Below, piece by piece: positions 26,780 through 39,000 of a DNA stretch of 64,000 nt. Where the stretch lies: assembly GCF_006345805.1 (NCBI RefSeq), contig NC_042999.1, positions 95,852,001 to 95,916,000 on the forward strand. The letters run 5' to 3'. This DNA comes from Octopus sinensis (Eukaryota). Below the pieces are notes generated by a model. The model was given only the letters and a program-made list of their open reading frames with translations, searched no databases and was not told the origin of the DNA. The position numbers and the translations under genes are program-made. Every line of letters begins with the position of its first letter. The stretch's first letter is position 1.

Positions 26780-27020
26780 CAAATAACAACAGATGAATTG
26801 TGGTTCACTTACTACAGCTGATTCAGACCAAAGTTCACTAGGAAATCATGAAATGACACATACTTGGATTTATTGGAATGTTTTTTAAAAATGTTTAATT
26901 CATGCATATATTCACCTGTTGAAAACAGTTTTTTCCGCATGATGTAATGACTATTCATCAATAAAAAACACGTCTGAAACAGCTGTAGTGAGTGAACCAC
27001 TCACTATCTGTTGTTATTTG
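26780..27020. repeat. Inverted repeat with arms of about 49 bp (26780-26828 / 26972-27020)
   Basis: caaataacaacagat...gtggttcacttactacagctgattcagac versus gtctgaaacagctgtagtgagtgaaccac...atctgttgttatttg. Confidence 0.9.
26910..26993 (+). ncRNA. Degenerate type I hammerhead motif
   Basis: auucac-CUGUUGA-aaacaguuuuuu...aaaaaacacgucu-GAAA-C-AGCU-G-UA-gugagu: 6-bp stem I and palindromic stem III, but one core mismatch (A6 to U). Confidence 0.65.
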
Positions 27021-27179
27021 TGTGTGTGTGTATTTAATTTTTATGCCAAGTTATATTAAAGACAATTTTCCACGAAACTGAAGGATTATTCAGTACGTCT
27101 TGTAGCTTGTAGAGTACATATTTATTACTCTTTACAAGAATAGCATTAATAGTGATTTCAAACTTTTGGCTTCAGTGGA

Positions 27180-27838
27180 CTGTGGTACATTTGAGTTCAT
27201 CTTGACTTTATATAGACTCTGGTAAGTTAATTTTTCCTGGGTCCCAGCTTGTTTTTGGCAAGAAACTCACAAGTACGGAGAACATAGTGACAGGGTACAT
27301 TGCTGTCATGAAGAATTCAATTCTTCATGCTCTACAGATTCAGTTGCTTTTGCCAAATGTTCTCCCTCAAATGCTTTAAAATGTCACTGTAGAACTCTCA
27401 GTTGATGGTCTGGCCCTGGGGGATGAATTTTCAATGCACAATACCATGTTTCTGATGCTCATGGCAGGTCTTCCAGATTGCTCATCATCTTCCAGGGACA
27501 TTCTTCCACTTTTTAAGTGCCTGTGCCACTCAAAACATTGCATACGATCTATTGCCTCATTGCTATAAGCATGCTCAGTGTCTCTGGAGCAGACTTACCA
27601 AGTTTAACACAAAATTTCATGCTGGCTCTTTGTTCCTGTCTATGACAAAATCGTGGACTACAATATACATGTGATCACAAAAACATGAATTTCACAACTT
27701 GCAAAGTAAACACAATGATGTGACTCAGTACACTGCCTCATGAGGGTCACTGCTAGCTCTGACTGTGCATACAATTGTGTGCTGCCATCTCTCAGCATGC
27801 TACAGAACTAATCCAGGAATGTTTTGATATCACCTTGT
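27180..27838 (-). mobile_element. Mariner transposon relic (5' TIR plus N-terminal HTH, internally deleted)
   Basis: Minus strand gives RASMKFCVKLGKSAPETLSML, then CFEWHRHLKSGRMSLEDDEQSGRP; terminus TA-caaggtgatatcaaaacattcc. Confidence 0.85.
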
Positions 27839-28229
27839 ATTTAGGTACATCAGCTTCAGGTCTTGGCTGATTTTTAGGGTTCACAAAAACAAAAAAATGT
27901 AGTTAGGTAAAAAGGTTAGTTGGTTAGCAGATGTCTAACTAGATTTGATTTAGTGGTAGTTTATTTTCTTTGTGGACTAATGGCAAGTTTAACCTGTCAT
28001 ATTGAAACAAGTGATGTCCTTCATTTCTAGGCTTCTGTGTACACATGTCTGCCATGGAGAAATATTACCTCACTGTGAAACAAGTGAAGTTTAGCAACAG
28101 AAAGGGTATATACTCATAGAAAATTTGCCTCAATAAATTCTGCCTGACCTATGTAAGCATGGAAAAGGGGATCCAAAAATGATGACAATGACACTTACAT
28201 GCCTTTAAAAAAGACAGAGTACAATATTG

Positions 28230-29330
28230 TGCCAGATACATCATGTCTAAATAAAAGATTTAGGTTCATAACTGGAATGTACACTCAACCCAAGAAGCCC
28301 TCAGATTAATTAATAACTAAATAGCCATTTATATGTGAAACATTTGGTTGTTGGAACTGTATTACTCAAGCAGACTAAACCGTAGCATTAAGTATTTAAC
28401 TACTTACCTCATAGATCTATTCACATTGTACAACTTTATTAGGAGCATTGACAAAACAGAACAACTGTTTCAGAGCTCACAAATATGTTTCTTTAGATCA
28501 ACCTTTAATAAGGGCATTTCCCGGACAGAAAGTTTAAAACTTATTGACTAAGACTAGAATTGTTTGAAAAAACATATGATGAAGAAAAAGGAGATTGAAT
28601 TGTTGGAAACAAAAGAAGAGGACCTTAAATGAGTACAACAAAGATTTGTGTTAATTAGCTAGGGTATTCCTCAATGTATTGTTTAAAATCAATCTACTTA
28701 TTCAGTTGAGAAAAGGAAAGATTCCAAGACTGAGTCTGAATGTTAAAATATGATTTGTGATAAAGCTGTGAGTTGGATTTTCAATATTGCTTGAAATCAT
28801 TAAGTTGCCGTCTTAAAACTATGTCTTATGAAAATATCTAAAATTATATGTATTTGAGACAGAATGAGAGGTAGGTAGCAAGTTCATAAATTAGTGGGGA
28901 TGCATTTGGATTTGACTGTGTACATCTATTCAGTTCATGTGGAAAGAACTATAGTTGTAAAGTGTTTATTTTTGAGAGATAGTGCTAGTTCTCTAAGTGT
29001 TCTGAACATGGAATAAAATAAATTTGAAATGTTGGTGAAAGTTATTTTCAAGTCAGGAAATTTAAATGATAGTTGAATGAGGTTACTAATGTTACTAACA
29101 CTGCAATTAGATATTATTTACATAGTATATTGTACAGAATGGAATTGAAAACACCTGAACTAACTGAAAATACTCAGTGTGTTAACATTTCTTGTTAGCA
29201 ACTAACCAAAATTATGATTCATAAGGGATAACTTTATTTTATTTAATAGCAAGCATTTAAAGATCATAGATCTCCATTTCAGCTATTTGTAGTACTTTCA
29301 TGACTTAATTGAAATGAAACTAGCCTTCTT
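28230..29330 (-). mobile_element. Possible very old CR1/L2/Jockey-type LINE relic, perhaps continuing at 32770-33370
   Basis: Minus strand near 28600-28670 gives GIP*...GPLL, resembling the GVPQGSxLGPLLF RT motif; otherwise heavily decayed. Confidence 0.3.
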
Positions 29331-29346
29331 GTGGTGAAGGGAAATA

Positions 29347-32156
29347 ATGCATCATATAATTGAGGTAATCAGAGTATGTGACAGAATACTTAAGATTAGA
29401 TTAGTGCTTCATCATAGTTTAGCAACCATTATATCAGCCTATGCTCCTCAGTCGGGGCTACCCGATGGACAGAAAGACCGATTCTATGACACTCTACTGC
29501 AGACTACCTCGTTGACGAACGACAGAGACCTTATCTTTGTGGCTGGTGACTTCAATGGTCACGTTGGACGACATGCTGGGGGCTTCCATGGCGTACATGG
29601 AGGCTATGGCTATGGCTCCCGCAACGAGGAGGGAACCAGGCTGCTGGAGTTCTGCGATGCAAATAATCTTATGATTTGCAACACTAACTTCAGGAAACCT
29701 ACCAGCCACCTAGTCACTTACCAATCGGGCCAACATACCAGCCAAATTGACTACATCCTTACAAGGCAAAGGGAGAGATGGCTGCTTATAAATGCCAAAA
29801 CCTTCCCAGGTGAAGAATGTACCCCACAACATAGACTGGTAGTTAGTGACTTTAGGATCAGGACTAGGAGGACAACCAGAAGACGACAAATATGGAGAAG
29901 AAGGATCTGGAAGCTTAAAGATCCTGCAAATGGACAGAGATTTAGGGACATATTACTTGAAGCCTCTGACGAAGTAGAAGGGGATAGAGCATCACAGGGG
30001 GTAGAAGACAGCTGGACGTTTCTAAGGGACAACCTGCTGAGAGCCTCTGACCAGATCTGTGGCTGGTGCAAAGTCCCCTCTCGACCTAGAATAACGTGGT
30101 GGTGGAACAATATTGTAGACAGGGCTATTAGAGAAAAGAGACAGGCTTGGAAGGTCTGGAAAAATGGGGGTAGCAGGGGATTGTATCAGACTGCCAAAAG
30201 AGAAGCTAGGAGACAGGTTTATTTAGCCAGAGGGGAAGCAGATAAGAAAAAATTTGCCAATGTTCTGCGCCGTGAGGACCAAAGACTGGAGGTGTTTCGT
30301 GTTGCAAGACAGTGTGTGAGAGAGAATCGTGATGTGGTAGGAGAGAAGTGTGTTCGCATGGAAGATGGTTCACTTGCGCTAAATGAGGATGCAAAGAGAG
30401 AGGTTTGGAGATGCCACTATGAAAGGTTGCTGAATGAAGAAAATGAATGGGATAAAGAGAGTCTGCCGAATGTTGACCCAACAGAGGGACCAGCTATCCG
30501 AGTTGATAGTTCCGTGGTAGCTAAGGCAATTAGAAGCATGAAGACAGGGAAAGCCCCAGGCCCATCAGGAATCACTGCAGAGATGCTCAAAATGTCTGGT
30601 AGTGTCGGCTATAGCCTAGTCACCTGTATAGTTAATCAGGTGATACACAAAGGGGTCATACCCAATGACTGGTGTAGCAGTATAATAGTCAGCTGCTACA
30701 AAGGTAAAGGTGATGCCCTAGATACAAATAACTACAGAGGTATCAAGCTGTTGGACCAGGTGATGAAGGTTACGGAGAGGGTCATAGCCCACTAATTAGA
30801 GAGAGAGTTAGTTTAGATGAGATGCAGTTTGGGTTTGTGCCAGGGAAAAGTACTACTGATGCTATATTCCTGGTAAGGCAGCTGCAGGAGAAATACCTAG
30901 CCAAAGATAAGCCCCTGTACCTGGCTTTTGTTGACATGGAGAAAGCCTTCGACAGGGTCCCACGATCCCTTATCTGGTGGTCAATGAGGAAACTAGGGAT
31001 AGATGAATGGTTAGTGAGAGCTGTGCGGGCCATGTACAGGGACGCCGCTAGTAGGGTGAGGGTTGGAAATGTGTACAGTGAAGAATTCCGGGTAGAGGTA
31101 GGAGTCCACCAAGGCTCAGTACTCAGCCCCCTCCTATTTATCATAGTCCTCCAGGCAATAACGGAGGAATTCAAGACAGGATGCCCTTGGGAGCTCCTCT
31201 ATGCTGATGACCTTGCTCTAATTGCTGAGTCGCTATCAGAACTGGAGGAGAAGTTTCAGGTGTGGAAACAAGGATTAGAATCGAAGGGCCTCAGAGTCAA
31301 TCTAGCTAAAACCAAAGTCGTAATCAGTAGGAAGGTAGACAAATCACAAACACCTTCAGGTAGATGGCCCTGCTCGATCTGTAGAAAAGGTGTAGGTAGA
31401 AACTTTATAAGATGCACCAAGTGTAAGCTATGGACACATAAGAGATGCAGCAATGTCAAAGGAAGGCTAACTAGGAAGATGGTTTTTGTATGTGGCAGAT
31501 GCTCAGGAACAATAAACACTGAAAATGCTCTGAGACCAACTTCCGTCACTTTCCAGGGAGAAAAACTAGAAATAGTTGATAGTTTCCGTTACATAGGTGA
31601 CCAAGTCAGCAGCGGGGGCGGGTGTGCTGAAAGTGTAACTGCTAGAGTAAGAATAGCTTGGGCAAAGTTCAGAGAGCTCTTACCTCTGCTGGTGACAAAA
31701 GGCCTCTCGCACAGAGTGAAAGGCAGACTGTATGATGCGTGTGTACGAACAGCCATGCTACATGGCAGTGAAACATGGGCCGTGACTGCTGAGGATATGC
31801 GTAAGCTCGCTAGAAATGAAGCCAGTATGCTCCGATGGATGTGTAATGCCGGTACTCACACTCGGCAGAGTGTAAGTACCTTGAGAGAAAAGCTGGACCT
31901 AAGAAGCATCAGTTGTGGTGTGCAAGAGAGACGTTTGCGCTGGTATGGTCATGTGGCGAGAATGGATGAAGATAGTTGTGTGAAAAAGTGCCACACCCTA
32001 GCGGTTGAGGGAACCTGTGGAAGAGGCAGACCCAGGAAAACCTGGGACGAGGTGGTGAAGCACGACCTTCGAACTTTAGGTCTCACTGAGGAAATGACTA
32101 GAGACCGAGACCTCTGGAAGTGTGCTGTGCGCGAGAAGACCCGGCAGGACAAGTGA
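29347..32156 (+). pseudogene. Endonuclease-reverse transcriptase ORF split by a single 1-nt deletion near 30790
   Basis: ORFs 29347-30795 and 30822-32156. The sister copy at about 58205-58225 reads gtcatagcccAactaatt (VIAQLIRERV) where this copy has gtcatagcccactaatt. Confidence 0.9.
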
Positions 32157-32766
32157 GTCCATAACCCGTGGCCTTCTACATGGGATGGAGCCAGCCTACG
32201 TATGCATACCTTCCCTTCTTGGGACACAAAACTCTACTTGTGAAGACGTGATGAGGCAAGTGAGGATCAGAATCGAAATCGATCAATGGAAATTGCGGAT
32301 GTGCTACCAGTGCCGGTGGCATGTCAAAACTCTGCTTGTGAAGACCCGTTGAGGCAAGTGACGATCAGAATCGAAATCGATCAATGGAAATTGATCAATG
32401 GAAATTGCAGATGTGTTACCAGTGCCGGTGGCATGTAAGAGAACTTTCCGTTTTGCGACCGTTGCCAGCACCGCCCCGTTTCGTGTCCGTTGCCAGCCTC
32501 GCCTGGCCCTCGTGCCGGTGGCACATAAAAAGCACCATCCGTTCGTGGCCGTTTGCCAGCTGTCTGGCACCAGTGCGGGTGGCACGTAAAAAGCACCCAC
32601 TACACTCACGGAGTGGTTGGCGTTAGGAAGGGCATCCAGCCGTAGAAACACTGCCAGATTTGACTGGGCCTGATGAAGCCTTCTGGCTTCACAGACCCCA
32701 GTAGAACCATCCAACCCATGCTAGCATGGAAAACGGACGCTAAACGATGATGATGATGATGATGAT
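29347..32766 (+). mobile_element. RTE-clade non-LTR retrotransposon, young, 5'-truncated
   Basis: APE endonuclease motifs (SAYAPQ, AGDFNGHVG, SQIDYIL, PQHRLVV); RT motifs (NYRGIKLL, QFGF, FVDMEKAFDRV, GVHQGSVLSPLLF, YADD at 31200-31211); RTE C-terminus (RLRWYGHV, RGRPRKTW); 610-nt 3' UTR with (GAT)n tail; CpG retained. Confidence 0.97.
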
Positions 32767-33919
32767 CTATCCACTTATTTATTATTGATATCTTTGGATC
32801 TATTTCAGAAGACATTGGGTCTGTTATTGAAGTTAAAATCAGGATGTTTCAAACAAAACTTCTGATTGAGAGTTGATTTTGATTTTCAAGATAACAGTTT
32901 GTAGAAAAACAAAAAGAATAAAAAAATTGCTAATGAACTCTTGTAGGTTTTCTAATGAAATATAGGTTAAAACAAAAGGATTTAAAGAAAAGGTTGTTGA
33001 AAGGAAGCAATAAAGTCTAGTTGCTGAAGGGTTACTGAAAAAAGTCGATGAAAATATAAATCATTGATTGCAGTCTGTAAAACAAGAGAATGAGATTATG
33101 ATGCAGATAATATTCAGTGATGAAAAATGGACACGGATTTAATATAGCCATCAGTTAGTCTTATAGCATGATTAAACTGATTTCTGTTAGATAAAGCTCA
33201 CTGGCACGGAATCGTGTTTTTCATTGTAAGGAGAAACTAGCAATGAATGAAAGATATAGGGGTGGTTGGAAACTAAAGGCAGCTTATTCAAGAAAATTGA
33301 TGGTAAAATATATGGAAAGAGAAATTTGAGAGCAGAGGAAAGAAAGAGAGGGTAGGAACAAAACGATGGAAAAATATATTCATTTATATAAAACTTTTTA
33401 TGAGTACTTTCAATAATATTTCTACCTTTTCATAATATCATTGGGTCCTGCTCTAAATCATGTGCTATAACATGCAATTTAACCTCTTGCCAATTATAGA
33501 AAATGACCAAGCAGAATGTCAGTAAAGATCATATGATATAGAGTTGATATTGTTAGCCTGATTAGCTATGTCAAAGTGTTCTATGCCATATATGATTGGC
33601 ACTGATTGTCAATCCCTTATGATATACTTTAACAGTTAGGTAAGAAAGAGAGAAATAAATAAATGAATTGAAATGCTAATATTATTGTTTCACTTACTTT
33701 TCAATTATTAAAAAAATTTATTTAACAAATTTGCTGCCACAAATGCCATATTTTATTAACAACATAACTCATTCTTTTGTAAATTCTAGAACACCACAAA
33801 ATACTGGCCAGTTACATTGAGTGAATAGAAATCTAGATTATTTTGTCTTAATTTTGAACCAATCTAGTATGACTTTTTTATCTATATTATAAGAACATAA
33901 ACATCATTGTTTTTTCTTT

Positions 33920-34150
33920 ATCTGGCAGAGTTTCTACAGCTGGATGACCTTCCTAATGCCAACTAATCTGAGAGTGTAGTGGGTGCTTTTTACGTGCCAC
34001 CGGCATGGGGGCCAGTCAGGCGGTACTGGCAATGACCTCGCTTGAATCTTTTTACACATGCCACCGGCACAGGTGCCAGTAAGGCGACGTTGGTAACGAT
34101 CACACTCGAATGGTAACCTTTTACGTGCCACCGGCACAGAAGCCAGTTGC
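33920..34150 (-). mobile_element. RTE 3'UTR-derived fragment with three hairpin modules
   Basis: Matches 498-790 but lacks the second module. Confidence 0.85.
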
Positions 34151-36976
34151 TATTATCTATAATTTCTGTATATCTTAAACGAATGAAGGAACTTGTATGT
34201 GGCCACTTAATCTGCTAGAAATAGCAATCAAATTTCTCTCAAATCACTCTTCCATGTTTTAAAATAAGAAGAATGCTATGTAGCTAAGACTATATTGTAT
34301 TTGCAAGAAAAATAATATTGGCTTGGACAGCTTTGATCTATTCAATTTGAGATGACTTCAGACTAAATAACAACAGTTCTGAATGTGCATATTTATACCC
34401 CCTATTTCCCGAGATCCACATCCACAAGTCCTATAATTGTCTTGAATTCAACACAGATAATAAAGTAAAATACTTAGAATACTTAAAAATCTGCTTTTAT
34501 ATTACTGTGTGCATGTACATGTCCACAACCAGGAGGAAACTGATATTGATGTTGAATGACAAGTGTAACACTAAGAGAAAAAAGTAACCATTATGAGTGA
34601 GGTGATAAATTTGTTGTACTTGCAATGATGTATATCAGTGATGCAGATAAGATGAGGTAATACAACTACCTTAATATTGAATTTCTCTTTATACTGTTGC
34701 TCTTATTTTGGGGGCTACCATGTCTTCTATGCAGCAGTGAAAATATATTATCAAATGTAAACAAATTTATCATATCATTTATAAATGTTACCTTTCTTTT
34801 TTAATGTTCACTAGTTATTTTACATCTGAATAGGTTTCTTCTAAGTTGTGAACATATACAGGCACACATTAAATTATCCATTTACAATCTACAAACCTAT
34901 GAAAATAAAAATGAACTTCATTCATCCATACTACTTTTGGTTTGTATGCTCATTATAAAATTAAAAAGACACCTATTTTTGGTTACTAGGGGAAATTATA
35001 CCTCATTATATTTTTGCATGCATTAAACATTAATTGTTTGCATACATTAAACATAAAGCATAGTAGGTGATTCTGGTAGCAATAAATGTTAACAAGTTTC
35101 AAGGGACTATATGTTGAGAAACATATAATCATTTAGTACAATGAAATCACATTTATTAATTTTTGCAACATCCTGTCAGACTGTACTTAATTTGTACTGA
35201 AAATGTGTTGGTAGTTCTTGTTTCAACCTCATCTTTTATTTATTTATTTGATATGTAATATTTTTCTTCAGGTTAATATTTAAATATCTTCAAACCTGAA
35301 TTTATCATGTATGATTCTGGTTATTTTTATCCCTTCATTTCAAAATGTGTCTGCATATGCTAGTAAAGATCAACGTGTTCAGATTATACCTATATTTGTG
35401 TACATGGTGGTGAGGACAAACACACACACACATAAATATATACATATATCTTTAAAGTCTAACACTTTTTTTTCAGCTATACTGTGTCTCCTAATAAACT
35501 ACATTCTAAACATTTTGTTTGGTTCTACACTTTAAAAATTTCAACCTTCAGTTTTCCCCTTTTGCTCAGTGTTCTCTGGAGTACATTGATTCATATTGAA
35601 TATAAATTGACTCTAAACAGTTATCCTCATCTTTCACTTTGTGAGAGAAGAACGTTCATGGGGGTTCTCTCTTCCTCCAAATAATATATAAAAGGAAAAT
35701 TAACAAAGTTCTAGGTTTTCACTAGATTTAATTGAAATATCAAGAGATATTATAAGCTTTATTATTTCTAAATCTATATCCATCTATGAAAGATATCTGA
35801 TACTTTTGTCTGGTAAGTTTTTTGTTGTTACAGTTTAAAAGCTCATTGTAACTGAAACAAAACAATAATCAATTAGCTCCTTGTTATGATATATGACAAG
35901 GTACAACTTGTTCATTTTTAGGTTGATTGTAACTGAGTCTGAGTTTATTAATCTAAAAATGTATATAAAAAAACCTCTTTGGTTTTTGTGTTGTGTTTTT
36001 CTTTTTGCATTTTCTTTTTAATCTGAGAGATGAAAAAATAACAAAACAAAATAAGGTAGTATGTGGTAAATAGTACAGTAACATTGGTCTCAATTTGGGT
36101 CTCTTTTTTATTGGATTAAAATTCTGCAGAGGTTGGCTTTGGTCTTCATTAGTAAGCATATAAAAATAATTTTCTTCCTTTCCAACCAGAAAACTTATTA
36201 ATCAATGAAGCAGTGAAGTTCATTGATTAACAACGCATTAACTAAACCTGTTCCAGTTTGTCTACACTCTCAAATCACATTCTACCATCTAAAACAAGGA
36301 AATAAATAAATGTGTAAATAAATAAACAAATAAATAAAGGAAGTGGGCTGAATATATTATTATACCTTTAAAGGGCTGTATGGTCTCCTCAATCAAGGTT
36401 GGCCTCCTCAATCAAGGTTGGCCTTGTTCTAGGCAACAAGAACAACAATGCTATGTTCATCATTCATTCTCTTCCGTTTCCATAATTTTGCTTTACTTTT
36501 TTCTTTACAATTCTCTTCTTGTATTTCTTTCAGGCAGTCATTTTAGAACTTTTGTAAGATGTTCTATCTTCTATGTATATTTTTTCTTGTATCTTCCAGC
36601 CTTTTCATTTCTATTTCTCAGAATTTAGCTGTTCCTAAAGAGAGACATGGATATAAGTAGAACTTTTTATCCCCAGTAACTATGCAACTCCTCCCTATTA
36701 TTGCTTTGAGATATATAGAGATGCACACATGCAAACCACACATACATAGTTATATTTAAAAAAAATTTCAAAATGTTAAATTTCTTCAATATATTTACCT
36801 AGAATATTCTTTTGTAACAAATCTTCTCTTGTAATTCTTTTATACTAAATGTCTTTCGCAAAAATGTTTCATCTAATGAATAATTCGATATCACAATTTC
36901 TTTCTTGATGAAACGGGTTTTTCTTTTCTTTTGTCTGTATTTGCCTTTTTTCTCTATTCCTTTTATAACTCTTCAG

Positions 36977-37012
36977 TTTCTTAAGAATCTCATTCTTTAT
37001 TTTCAGGTAAGT
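36977..37012 (+). promoter_or_regulatory. Candidate 30-nt microexon or recursive splice site (CAG|GTAAGT)
   Basis: Long pyrimidine tract 36918-36976 ending CAG; second Y-rich CAG at 37004-37006 directly followed by the consensus donor GTAAGT. Confidence 0.45.
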
Positions 37013-37349
37013 GAAACATGGAGATGACCTGACGGGTGAGCTCTACACAAATATTGTCAGTTTTATTGTTTGCCATTATACAATTTAATGCCCTCCGTCT
37101 ATTCTTGCTTTTGCTTTTCTCTTCATATACGTGTATGTGTTTGTGTAGTTTAAATACACACACATAAATACATGAATATGTATGAATATTCAATGCATAT
37201 GTGTGCAAGAATATACATTTTATCTGTTGCATGGATATCACATTCCTAGGCTTAAGTTATTTTTGTTATCATCTAACTACTAAATATATGATTATATCTT
37301 AGTACTAGGCTGAATCAACACAAATTGAGCCAACATTAAAAATTACATC

Positions 37350-37800
37350 TATATATCATCATTCTCACTGCATGCCTATTTTCCATACTGGTATGGGTTG
37401 GACATTATGTATCTTTTACTTGTTTCAGTCATTAGACTGCGGCCATGCTGGGGCACCACCTCTTTCTATATTTATATAGGAAATGACAAGGGACCATGAG
37501 TCGTAATTTGCAGTACTTGACAAGACGGGCCAAGCTAAGTAAAATCTGTCATCCATATGTACAGGCTTGTCCTCTACAGGTGCCAGTGCCACATAAAATG
37601 CACTTGTGCTGGTGTGGCATAAATGTGCCCATGCCAGTGGCATGCTAAAGGCAGCCCAGCACACTCTAGTGTTAGGAAGGGCTTTCAGCCATAGAAACCA
37701 TGCCACAACAGACAATTGGAGCCTGGAATGCTCCATGTCAAACCATCAAATTCATGCCAGCATGGAAAATGGATGTTAAATGAAGATGATGATAGATATA
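37350..37800. mobile_element. Cluster: RTE tail (minus), SINE end (37415-37460) and degenerate RTE 3' UTR (plus, 37480-37795)
   Basis: ttccatactggtatgggttgga; ttgtttcagtcattagactgcggccatgctggggcacc; gttaggaagggc...catgccagcatggaaaatggatgttaaatgaagatgatgat. Confidence 0.7.
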
Positions 37801-38819
37801 TATATAATACAACTTTTGCTTTCAAGGATTGAGAGATCTTATAAACATGAAAGAAATTCATATCTAGACTTGTATTTGCATTAGAAAAAAGAAGTAAAAA
37901 TAAGTGCATATAAAAAGAGCTGCATGATAAAATAAAGGAACTGCAAAAATATTTTTAATTTACTTATTGGCCAAGCTTTATCTTCATAATTAGTTATTCT
38001 TCTACTGTTATCTACAAAAGTCAAGTGTCAGTTGACCAAATTGACATAGTAATTGCCTGCTGACTGAATAGTTGACTTTATACTGTTCTTTTCACTGCAC
38101 TTTGTATATGGCTGTAAGATTTAATAATCTACTTCATTAGTTGTAAGATAGATAACACAGCAGGGTACAGGTTACCATTTCAAGGTATTAGGATTTTTAC
38201 TACTCTATTGGTACTGAATAGTGATATGCAATTTCAGTTATTTATATAATCATATTGGCCACCTAATAAGAATCTATTAACTTTTCACTGCAAATAGTGA
38301 CTCTTGTTTTTATATGCTGTTCTTGAGTATGGAGCCATTCTTGTTGTTGGACAGACTTTCTGAAACAAGATGCATTAGTTTTAATGATATATTAAATTAC
38401 AAAGCTGAAAAAGATAGACTCTAGATTTATATTGATTCTATTGATGGTAAAAATAAGTTTGCCATCATTCTTTCACATTTATTCAGATGAGTATAGCAAA
38501 GATACTCTGCACTTTATTGATTTAGAACAGCTTTATTGGTCCGGTATATTGTATTACTTGCTGAAGCAAAAAAAGATAATAGACTCAAGTGTCTCAGATT
38601 AATGGAAATTTTGATAGATCTATCAGTTTTCATCAAAGATAACTTTACTGAAGTGCAGATTAAAGGCTAAAAGGCTTCTATTTGATTGTTGGATTTCTCC
38701 CTTGTAGGGGCTCAGAAACACAACCAGTCATCCTTAACAGTGATGATTGGCTGAATTTACCTTGAAGGCCTTACTTGCAAACTAACTACCCATATTAATC
38801 AGATAGTCATGATATGCTA

Positions 38820-39000
38820 TGTTGTTGCTGCTACAACAACAACAACAACTACTACTACAGCTGCTGCTGCTATTGCTGCCAGGACTGCCACCACAACTGC
38901 TGCTACTACTACTACTACACAAGCTGATGTTACAGATATTATCACTTTCAACACAACTACCAATATAGCTACAAATATTTTCACTACTGTTGATGATATC
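38820..39000. repeat. Degenerate trinucleotide repeat (ACA/ACT/GCT)
   Basis: Directly visible; explains the poly-Thr/Ala/Val ORFs. Confidence 0.9.

Noticed and set aside
220-28551. Many 60-120 aa ORFs in the track
   Set aside because: Low-complexity or microsatellite-derived, or TE fragments already annotated; none resembles a known host protein.
32666-32699. CTGATGA suggesting a hammerhead in the RTE 3' UTR
   Set aside because: No GAAA follows; it is part of a simple hairpin (tgaagcc-ttct-ggcttca).
29494-32815. Antisense and overlapping ORFs across the RTE
   Set aside because: Shadow frames of a GC-richer coding region and UTR; no recognisable domains.
36385-36422. 19-bp tandem duplication ctcctcaatcaaggttggc
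   Set aside because: Ordinary slippage duplication without further structure.
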